From the NCBI GenBank assembly GCA_031425655.1, contig JANPJS010000103.1:1-10623 (forward strand): a stretch of DNA of 10,623 nucleotides, given 5' to 3'. The translations under genes and the position numbers were made by a program. Below the pieces are notes generated by a model, which saw nothing but the letters and a program-made list of their open reading frames with translations, was not told the DNA's origin and searched no databases. Source of the stretch: Abditibacteriaceae bacterium. Its GTDB lineage: Bacteria; Armatimonadota; Abditibacteriia; Abditibacteriales; Abditibacteriaceae. Positions within the stretch are counted from its first letter, which is position 1, and every line of letters starts with the position of its first letter. Shown here piece by piece: positions 1 through 6,859 of the stretch.

Positions 1-85
1 CAAGGATTTTCACCGATCAATCTTAAAATTATCCGTGTAAATCCGTGTCGTTTCGGGCGCCCTCTGGGCAGGATCGGCGAAGCCG
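1..85. repeat. Partial palindromic REP/MITE-like element, cut by the window edge
   Basis: 1-17 CAAGGATTTTCACCGAT pairs 14/17 with 31-47 ATCCGTGTAAATCCGTG. ATCCGTGT repeats at a 10-nt period (31, 41). 53-74 TCGGGCGCCCTCTGGGCAGGAT nearly matches 4817-4837. CGGC-GAA-GCCG mini-hairpin at 75-85. Confidence 0.65.
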
Positions 86-105
86 CCGTGTTCCATTTTA
101 ATCTC

Positions 106-1365
106 ATGCAAGTGACTTTTCATACTATTGCCGCCGGGGGCGACGGCGTTGGGCGCGATGAAAACGGACGCACGGTTTTCGCGCCGTATGCCGCGCCCGG
201 CGATGTGGCGCAGGTCAAAATCGTCGAAGAGCGCAAAAACTTCGCGCGCGGGCACATTCTCGATTTGCAAAGCGCCTCGCCGCAACGCAGCGCGCCGCCG
301 TGTCCTTATTTCGTGGCCCGGCGCGGCGACGAAACAACGGCGTGCGGCGGCTGCCAGATTCAGCATTTGAGTTACGCGGCGCAACTCGACGCCAAACGCG
401 CTCTTGTCGGCAGTGCGCTGGCGCATATCGGCGGCTTTGAGAACGCGCCCGTCGAATCGTGCGTGCCGTCGCCGCTGACCTTCGCTTATCGCAACAAGGC
501 GCAGTTTTTTGTCGAAAACGGCGCGATTGGCTTTCACGCGCGGCACACGCACAAAGTTATTGACATCGCGCGCTGCCCAATTTTGATGGAGCCGCTGAAT
601 CAAGCGTTAGCTGCCGTGCGCGAATTATTCAACGGCGCGAACGCGAACGGCGCAAGCCCGGCGCGCTCGTTCGAGGTGCGCGTAGATTCGCACGGCGCCA
701 TCGCCTTGCGCGTGGCGTGGGAAAACGGCATCGCTTTCGATAGAAAGCCGTTTTTCGCGGCTTTGCGCGAACGCTTGCCGTCGCTGGTTGACCCGCATCA
801 GGCGATTTTAGAAGAAGAAGTGAGCGGCCTGAAATTTCGCGTCGGCGCCTTCGATTTCTTTCAGGTCAATCCTTCGCTGACGCCGCGCCTTGTCGAAACT
901 ACGCTGGAATTATGTGTTCCGCGCACCGGACAGCGCGCTTTAGATTTATATTGCGGTTCGGGATTATTCGGCGTTTCTCTGGCACGCGCCGGAATGGACG
1001 TGACCGGCGTAGACAAACACGGAGGCTTGGACGCCAACGCGCGTTTGAACGACTTATCGGCAAAATTTCTGCGCGGCGAGGCCGGACGCTTTTTGCGCCG
1101 CATCGCCGAGCAAAACGAGGCAAAAACCGCGCGTTACGACTTGGTTTTGCTCGACCCGCCGCGCGCCGGAGCCGCCGATTGCATTGAACCGCTGGCCCGT
1201 TTGCGCCCGGCGCGCATCGTTTACGTTTCGTGCGATCCGGCGACGTTAGCGCGCGATTTGAAAGCGTTGGTGGCGCAGGGCTATGTCTTGAAGCGTGCGG
1301 TGCCGCACGATATGTTTCCGCAAACCGCGCACGTCGAAAGCGTGGCGATGCTGGAATGCCGATAA
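106..1365 (+). CDS. rlmD: 23S rRNA (uracil-C5)-methyltransferase, RlmD/TrmA family (about 419 aa)
   Basis: N-terminal TRAM-like segment (GGDGVGR..VFAPYAAPGD), Fe-S cysteines C..CGGC..C, YRNK, FFQVN, SAM motif LDLYCGSG, LDPPRAG, catalytic YVSCDPATLARD and FPQTAHVE. ATG at 106 preferred because the GTG at 88 adjoins the repeat element. Confidence 0.88.
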   Translation: MQVTFHTIAAGGDGVGRDENGRTVFAPYAAPGDVAQVKIVEERKNFARGHILDLQSASPQRSAPPCPYFVARRGDETTACGGCQIQHLSYAAQLDAKRALVGSALAHIGGFENAPVESCVPSPLTFAYRNKAQFFVENGAIGFHARHTHKVIDIARCPILMEPLNQALAAVRELFNGANANGASPARSFEVRVDSHGAIALRVAWENGIAFDRKPFFAALRERLPSLVDPHQAILEEEVSGLKFRVGAFDFFQVNPSLTPRLVETTLELCVPRTGQRALDLYCGSGLFGVSLARAGMDVTGVDKHGGLDANARLNDLSAKFLRGEAGRFLRRIAEQNEAKTARYDLVLLDPPRAGAADCIEPLARLRPARIVYVSCDPATLARDLKALVAQGYVLKRAVPHDMFPQTAHVESVAMLECR

Positions 1366-1370
1366 ATCCC

Positions 1371-1400
1371 TTGCCGAAAACCGGTTGGACACGGTATATT
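1371..1400 (+). promoter_or_regulatory. Candidate sigma70 promoter for the outer-membrane protein genes
   Basis: TTGCCG (1371-1376), 18-nt spacer, TATATT (1395-1400). Motif match only. Confidence 0.35.
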
Positions 1401-1423
1401 TAAATGTCGGTCAGGCTAAGAGC

Positions 1424-1637
1424 CTTAGAAGCTGTCTGAGAATAGCTATCAATCCTGAGTTGAGCCGTTTTGAATAGGACGCGGAGCTTCGCTACGCGGA
1501 TTTCATGCGCGGATTCTCGCTGATTTCTTTCAGTAAAACCGCGAAAATCCGCGCACAACGTCCGCGCAGCGAAGCTCCGCGTCCTATTGAAAAATCTTCG
1601 GTTTGAGACTTTGACGAATTCTCAGACAGCTTCTAAG
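1424..1637. mobile_element. MITE-like element with 20-bp perfect terminal inverted repeats and nested internal palindromes
   Basis: CTTAGAAGCTGTCTGAGAAT (1424-1443) is the exact reverse complement of 1618-1637. Inner inverted repeats: 1473-1500/1561-1588 (27/28) and 1506-1520/1541-1555 (14/15). No transposase. The ends TA|GAAGCTGTC...GACAGCTTC|TA resemble IS5-family ends with a possible TA duplication. Confidence 0.75.
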
Positions 1638-1731
1638 CCACAGCGCGCTTTTACACATTTTTCATACTCCGCGCGCCGCATTAAATCGCACCAAATCGCT
1701 GGATTTTGTTGGATATAAGGGTTGAATCGTC

Positions 1732-2925
1732 ATGCGCCACGCAGAACTGGGCTTCGCATTTTCGCATCGCCTGCGCCGGATTGTGCTTCGCACTCCGCGC
1801 GGTGCGGCGTTGGTGTGCCTGCTTGGTATTGGCGTGCTGAGCGGTGCCCCGACCGCGCGAGCCGACGAATTTTCCACCATCGCTACGGGCGACCCAATTT
1901 ACACCCAACTGGCGACGCTGCGCCAAAGCGTGAGGAGCGGCGATGCTATCGCCGCACACGCCTTGACCCGTTACGAAGTGGCGATTGAAACCGCCAAAGC
2001 CATTCTGAAAGTCAACGCGCAGCGCAACGCCAATCCCAACGCTTTGCCGGCCAACCGCAGCGCGCTGCACGCTTTGCGCGCTCTGACGGTCGCGCTTCGC
2101 CCCGAACTGAGCCGCCTCGACATTGACGTTGCGGCCACACTGCGCTTGCTCGACGGCTTGACCAGCACCAGCGCGAAAGCAACGGAAACCGCCTCCGAGC
2201 GCGTGCCGGTTAGTGCGCCCAAATTGAAAGACAAAGACAATTCCGTCGCACGGCGCCTGCGCGTTTACAGTGCGCTCTCCGCCGTGGCGCGCGATACCGA
2301 TGATCTGTTTGGAGATAATACCAGCGATTTCGCCGCGCACGGACTTTTGGCGCCACGCAGTGGCCTGGTTGGCTCCGCCGTGAGCGGCTCGCCCGCTCTT
2401 GCCGTCGCGCAGCCTGCGGCTTTGAGCGGCACGGTGAAGACCGGCGCTGCTATCGGCCTGACCAACTGGATGCAAGTGCGAGCCGGCTACGAGGCGCGCA
2501 ACTTATCGCCCGGCAACGCGCCGTGGAATGGCCTGCGCGCTCCGATGTTGGCCGGCGCCCGCGAAGAGCGCAGTTTGGGCACGGGCATGGACATCGCGCT
2601 GCCTCTGGGCCTGACGGTTTCGGGCGATGTGGCGCGCGTTGCGGCGACCTCGCTGCGCAGCGGTTATGCGGGCCAGCGCGGCACGCGCTACGGCGGCGCG
2701 CTCAATCTTTCGGCGTGGCAAAACCGCTTGTCGCTGAGCGCCAATTTGTCGCGTTTAGTGCCTGAAGATTCGCAGAAACTGTCTTCAACGGCCACGGAAT
2801 TCAATTTAGGCGTCGGCGTCACCAACAGGATGCAGCTCACGCTGCTTTATCAGCAAATGTTTAGCGCCAATCGGCCTGCGGGCAGCGACCGTTCGCTTTC
2901 GGGTGGCATCAGCGTTAAATTCTGA
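1732..2925 (+). CDS. Secreted outer-membrane beta-barrel protein with SLH-like N-terminus and helical stalk (OmpM/SlpA-like architecture)
   Basis: Signal peptide (basic region, AALVCLLGIGVL, ARA|DE). FSTIATGDPIY..L and LTRYEVA..AKAI resemble the SLH-like motif of OmpM-type porins. A Leu-rich helix is followed by alternating amphipathic strands and a terminal Phe (GGISVKF). Start codon uncertain. Confidence 0.6.
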   Translation: MRHAELGFAFSHRLRRIVLRTPRGAALVCLLGIGVLSGAPTARADEFSTIATGDPIYTQLATLRQSVRSGDAIAAHALTRYEVAIETAKAILKVNAQRNANPNALPANRSALHALRALTVALRPELSRLDIDVAATLRLLDGLTSTSAKATETASERVPVSAPKLKDKDNSVARRLRVYSALSAVARDTDDLFGDNTSDFAAHGLLAPRSGLVGSAVSGSPALAVAQPAALSGTVKTGAAIGLTNWMQVRAGYEARNLSPGNAPWNGLRAPMLAGAREERSLGTGMDIALPLGLTVSGDVARVAATSLRSGYAGQRGTRYGGALNLSAWQNRLSLSANLSRLVPEDSQKLSSTATEFNLGVGVTNRMQLTLLYQQMFSANRPAGSDRSLSGGISVKF

Positions 2926-2951
2926 GCTAAAATCAGGTCGAATGCTTTTCG

Positions 2952-2990
2952 CGCCGGTCGTGCTCGCGAGCACGACCGGCGGTTTGTTTC
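2952..2990 (+). terminator. 30-nt perfect palindrome followed by a T-rich tract; probable intrinsic terminator or attenuator
   Basis: CGCCGGTCGTGCTCG|CGAGCACGACCGGCG (2952-2981), then GTTTGTTTC. Confidence 0.6.
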
Positions 2991-2997
2991 CGGCCCC

Positions 2998-4659
2998 ATG
3001 ACAACACGCTTCGCCGCTTTCATCACACCAGTTTCGCTGCTTTATGCCCTACCCGCGCTTTGCCAGAATGCGTCGGGCGGAGGCATTCCTCCTGCGTCCA
3101 CTTCTCCCTCGTCGGCGCCGCCAATTTCGCTTTTTCCTTCTAAAAGCAAGCCCAGTTTGGACGAAACGCCGATCACGCCGCGCCTGAGCGCCGATAGTGT
3201 GCGCTACGAAGGCGGTTTAATCATCGCCGAAGGCAGCGCGGGGCATCCGGCGCGGTTTCTGAGCGGCGCCGGCCAAATTACGGCGCAAAGTGTGCGTGTT
3301 GATACGGTCAATCGCACCATCAAAGCCAGCGGCGGCGTGATGCTGAAACGCACGCGCATGACTCGCAGCCGCGTCATGCGCAGCTCGAAGCTGCGGGCGC
3401 GCTACGAACACACCTTAGTCACCGACACGCTGCGCGGCGAAAACCTCGACTACGATTTCAAGACGCGGACGGGCCATCTGGATAAAGGCCAGGTGCAGGT
3501 AGCGAACTTCGATTTGACGGTCAACGAACTGACGATCAATGGCGACCGCTACACGGCGCGCAACGTGGTTTTGCGGCCCGGCGCGCAAACGCCCGAAGAA
3601 GACAAAATTTACGGAGTGCCGCCGCTGAATTTGCGCGCGAAGGAAATCACGGTCACGGTTCCGCCCGACCTGAAAGTGCAAACGCCGCCGATTGTCACCG
3701 CCAAAGGCGCCGCGCTTTATTTCAAGAACACGCGCCTTTTGCCCATCCCGCGCGCGGTTTTCGGCTTGTCGCGGCGCATCAACGCGCCGCGCGACGAGGA
3801 AGCATTCAAAATCACGCCGGGCATCGCTTTTAACTCGACCGACAGCGTGCTGTTAACCACACGCGTGACGGTGCCTCTCGATCAAAAGCTGCGCGGTTTG
3901 GTTTTAGTGGCCGACATCGGCGCGTCGGCCAAGCAAACATTTCGCGGAGGCGTGTCGCTGGAATTGGATAGCAAATTGGGGCAATTCGCCTTGCGCGGCA
4001 AAGTCAAAGACATCGTGACGCAGCAGCTTTTAACCAATAAGTTTTTGCTCGACCGCGTGCCGGAACTGATTTATCAGTCGCCGGAGTTGCGCTTGTTCAA
4101 GCTGCCGGGTGGTTACCAAACCGGTCTGCGCTTCGACGCCGGCATCGGAGACTTCAAGGAAAAAGTTTTGCAAAGCACGACGGGCATTATCGGCTCGTCG
4201 CTGCGCTCGTCGCGGCGCACGGCGGGCGTGACTTTCACCACGCGCATGGACGACGAATTCGGCACGACGCGCGACGGCCCGTATCTCGACCTTTTTGCTA
4301 CTACTTCGCGCTATTCGGCGAACAACGTCCGTTATCGCACGGCAGGCTTTGAAATCGGCTACGACGGGCGCATCACCAGCCGCTTAGGCGGTGTAATTTC
4401 CTATCGCCACAACGAGATCAGAGGCGCCACGCCGTTTCTCTTCGACCAAGTGGAAATCCCGCGCGAGCTACGCACCACCTTCGATTATCGCCTGACGCCG
4501 CGCTTTTTGATTCCCATTGATTTGCGCTACGACATAGACCAAAAAAAGCTGCGCGACCGCAGCATCGGGCTTTTGCGCGCTTATAAAAGCTTCGCTTACG
4601 GCGTGATTTACGACAGCGCCCGCAAAGACTTGAAACTCGAATTTCGCGCCGGTTTTTAA
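2998..4659 (+). CDS. LptD/OstA-like outer-membrane protein (LPS assembly protein-like)
   Basis: Signal peptide and Pro/Ser linker, then beta-jellyroll-like repeats (LSADSVRY, ITAQSVRVD, IKASGGV, LRGENLDYDFKTRTG, LRAKEITV, A.LYFKNTRLLPIP). LDRVPEL and TPFLFD motifs, amphipathic strands and terminal Phe. Confidence 0.65.
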   Translation: MTTRFAAFITPVSLLYALPALCQNASGGGIPPASTSPSSAPPISLFPSKSKPSLDETPITPRLSADSVRYEGGLIIAEGSAGHPARFLSGAGQITAQSVRVDTVNRTIKASGGVMLKRTRMTRSRVMRSSKLRARYEHTLVTDTLRGENLDYDFKTRTGHLDKGQVQVANFDLTVNELTINGDRYTARNVVLRPGAQTPEEDKIYGVPPLNLRAKEITVTVPPDLKVQTPPIVTAKGAALYFKNTRLLPIPRAVFGLSRRINAPRDEEAFKITPGIAFNSTDSVLLTTRVTVPLDQKLRGLVLVADIGASAKQTFRGGVSLELDSKLGQFALRGKVKDIVTQQLLTNKFLLDRVPELIYQSPELRLFKLPGGYQTGLRFDAGIGDFKEKVLQSTTGIIGSSLRSSRRTAGVTFTTRMDDEFGTTRDGPYLDLFATTSRYSANNVRYRTAGFEIGYDGRITSRLGGVISYRHNEIRGATPFLFDQVEIPRELRTTFDYRLTPRFLIPIDLRYDIDQKKLRDRSIGLLRAYKSFAYGVIYDSARKDLKLEFRAGF

Positions 4660-4676
4660 AAGCGTCTAAAGGAATG

Positions 4677-4849
4677 AACCACAGATGAATCCGCCCAGAG
4701 GGCACCCGATAAACACGGATAAACATAGATGAATAGATGGCAGGCGAGTGAGTCCTTGCGGTGCCAAAGGCACAAGGCAAAATCAACACATCGAAATCGG
4801 TTTTTATCGGTGTTTATCGGGTGCCCTCTGGGCGGATTCATCAGTGGTT
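4677..4849. repeat. Long inverted repeat (47-bp arms, 79-nt spacer) between the converging lptD-like and intI genes
   Basis: 4677-4723 pairs 45/47 with 4803-4849. The arms are built from CACRGATRAA-like decamers around CCGCCCAGAGGGCACCC. A small hairpin GTGCC-AAA-GGCAC lies in the spacer (4761-4773). Confidence 0.9.
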
Positions 4850-4879
4850 GAAATCTCTTTTATTGAGACGCTCTAAATA

Positions 4880-5845
4880 TCAGTCATCGAGAGGGCTGCG
4901 CACGACTAAGCCGGGACGGTTGAGAACGTGGGTGTAAATCATGGTCGTGCTGACGTCCTTGTGGCCGAGCAATTCCTGCACGGTGCGAATATCGCTGCCG
5001 CTTTCCAGCAGGTGCGTGGCGAAAGAATGGCGCAGCGTGTGACAACTGGCTCTGGTGTCGAGTCCGGCGGTTTTCATGGCCTTTTTGACGGCGCGTTGCA
5101 GCGTATCTTCTAAAAAGTGATGGCGAAAAACGGCGCCAGTGTGCGGGTCGGAGGACGGTTTCGCAGCGGGAAAAACCCAGTGCCAAGCCCATTCAAAAGG
5201 CGCCTGCGGATATTTGCGATCCAGCGCGTCCGGCAGCAAAACCGGCACGCGCGCTTCGCCTTCGGCCTCGAATCGTTGGCGCACAGCCTTCAGATGCTCC
5301 CGCAAAGGCTCAACGACCGTGGAGGGCAGCGGCGCCACGCGATCTTTGGCGCCTTTGCCCTGACGCACCACGATTTGCTTCTGCGCAAAATTCACGTCCT
5401 TGACGCGCAAGCGCAAGCATTCGCTGAGACGCAAACCACTGCCATAAAGCAAACTCGCCATGAGGCGATAAGGGTCGTGCAGCGTATCCAAAACCAGCCT
5501 GACCTCCTGACGCGTCAGCACGACGGGCAAGCGAGACGGACGCTTGGCTCTTTCAACATTTTCCAATTGGGGAAACTCGCCCTGCAAAACATGGCGATAA
5601 AGAAACAAAAGGGCGCTAAGTGCCTGATTTTGGGTTGCCGCCGTAACATTTCCGCGCACTGCCAAATCTGTGAGAAACGCTTCGATTTCGGGCGCACCCA
5701 TGTCTTCAGGCGGCTGGCCATGAAACTTGGCAAAACGCCGAATCCACAGCAAATAAGTTTGCTCAGTGCGGTAGCTCATGTGGCGCCGCCGAAAGGCATC
5801 GCGCGCTGCGTCACATAATTGTGAAAAAGTATCAAATCTTCTCAT
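4880..5845 (-). CDS. intI: Integron integrase (tyrosine recombinase), 321 aa
   Basis: [35 protein letters not shown]. Catalytic [29 protein letters not shown] and TTMIYTHV. Integron-specific insertion [21 protein letters not shown]. Confidence 0.97.
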   Translation of the reverse strand: MRRFDTFSQLCDAARDAFRRRHMSYRTEQTYLLWIRRFAKFHGQPPEDMGAPEIEAFLTDLAVRGNVTAATQNQALSALLFLYRHVLQGEFPQLENVERAKRPSRLPVVLTRQEVRLVLDTLHDPYRLMASLLYGSGLRLSECLRLRVKDVNFAQKQIVVRQGKGAKDRVAPLPSTVVEPLREHLKAVRQRFEAEGEARVPVLLPDALDRKYPQAPFEWAWHWVFPAAKPSSDPHTGAVFRHHFLEDTLQRAVKKAMKTAGLDTRASCHTLRHSFATHLLESGSDIRTVQELLGHKDVSTTMIYTHVLNRPGLVVRSPLDD

Positions 5846-5871
5846 ATTGCGGTTTTTGCGTATTCTCGATG

Positions 5872-5879
5872 ATTATACC
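5872..5879 (-). promoter_or_regulatory. Candidate Pint -10 box
   Basis: Minus-strand GG-TATAAT with the hexamer at 5877-5872, 26 nt upstream of the intI ATG. The -35 match is weak. Confidence 0.5.
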
Positions 5880-5978
5880 CCACTCTAATTTACAATACGA
5901 AGCATTAATTTTTTCTCGTCAATTTGCGGATTTACTGGTATTTTAGAGGATTATGCCGCTAAAAAGCATAAAATTGCG

Positions 5979-5997
5979 GTATAATTCAGAGTTGGGC
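5979..5997 (+). other. attI simple site, crossover G|TT at 5991/5992
   Basis: L-like GTATAAT, 5-nt spacer TCAGA, R box GTTGGGC. GTTGGGCTGCTTG (5991-6003) is the exact reverse complement of CAAGCAGCCCAAC (6614-6626) at the first attC. Confidence 0.88.
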
Positions 5998-6015
5998 TGC
6001 TTGCGCGCGGCTTCG

Positions 6016-6588
6016 ATGAAATTTATAGGTTTTTGTGATAAAAAGGATGCTATGCTTCCTAAAATCCTTCTTGGTTCAGGCATGGCCTATTGCGGGCCAG
6101 AAGATGAAGACTGGTTGAGATATTTATCGCGTATCGGCGATTACGCTCAAACACTCGACCTCAGATTTTTATCTGAAATGTGTTATGAGCATGGCAGACG
6201 CTTCAATGATTATTTTCCCAAGTTCGATCTGAACGTCCACAAAATTCAAACACGTTTTGTAACTGCGTCTGAAATACAAGAGTTTGTTCGCTACGACAAT
6301 AATGAGCCAGCTACTTTTTGGGCGCTTCAATTCGATAATTATCGCGCTAAACCCCAACCGTTCAAATATTCGATATTTGAACACATGACTAAAAATGGCA
6401 CTTGGCCTTTTCCGCCCGTTATTATTGATAATAGTAACGGGTTCGCCAGCAGTCTCAGCAAGCGTTCTCTTGGCTCACCCTGGCATTTGATCGAGGGAAC
6501 ACATCGCGTGAGTTATTTGAATCGAATGTTGGAACTGGATTTGATTTCGCCATCAAGCGAGCATGAAGTTTTCTGGCTGTGCGGCTAA
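6016..6588 (+). CDS. Cassette 1: hypothetical protein with a ParB/sulfiredoxin-like motif
   Basis: Sole long ORF in the cassette. WPFPPVII followed by HLIEGTHR resembles the ParB/Srx P-hh...LhDGxHR signature. The start may be 6016, 6052 (AAGGA upstream) or the in-frame 5953 inside the attI region. Confidence 0.6.
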   Translation: MKFIGFCDKKDAMLPKILLGSGMAYCGPEDEDWLRYLSRIGDYAQTLDLRFLSEMCYEHGRRFNDYFPKFDLNVHKIQTRFVTASEIQEFVRYDNNEPATFWALQFDNYRAKPQPFKYSIFEHMTKNGTWPFPPVIIDNSNGFASSLSKRSLGSPWHLIEGTHRVSYLNRMLELDLISPSSEHEVFWLCG

Positions 6589-6619
6589 CACATTCAGTCG
6601 CAATACCGTCCAACAAGCA

Positions 6620-6723
6620 GCCCAACAAGGCGCTGCACCCGACCGCCTACAGCCTACGCTCCTTCGCTCGTTCCTCGCTTCGTCGCTCCGGCTTCCGGCG
6701 GCGGGTGAGCTTAGTCGTTTGGC
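6620..6723 (+). repeat. attC1 (104 bp)
   Basis: GCCCAAC-AAGGC-GCT(G)CACCCG(A)CCGCC ... GGCGGCGGGTGAGC-TTAGTC-GTTTGGC. Two extrahelical bases and a 5/6-nt unpaired spacer. Confidence 0.95.
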
Positions 6724-6859
6724 GGCTGCGCGCGGCTTGGTAGAAAACAGAACTATACAAACATCAGGAGCGACTGGTAGCCTTGAGCGTATCTCGAAAA
6801 TGGCAAGCGGTTTGCTACACATTGTTAGAGAATTCCTTTCCGAAAGATAGCCATATTTT

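Noticed and set aside
10..2475. Long minus-strand ORFs 10-603 and 1681-2475
   Set aside because: Antisense shadows of well-supported plus-strand genes.
4418..4841. Small minus-strand ORFs over the 4677-4849 palindrome
   Set aside because: They derive from the repeat and the antisense strand of the lptD-like gene, with no coding signals.
5117..5818. 233-aa ORF antisense to intI and other ORFs nested in intI
   Set aside because: Shadow frames of a GC-rich gene with no recognisable motifs.
5846..5990. Canonical SOS (LexA) box at Pint
   Set aside because: Neither CTGT-N8-ACAG nor GAAC-N4-GTTC is present.
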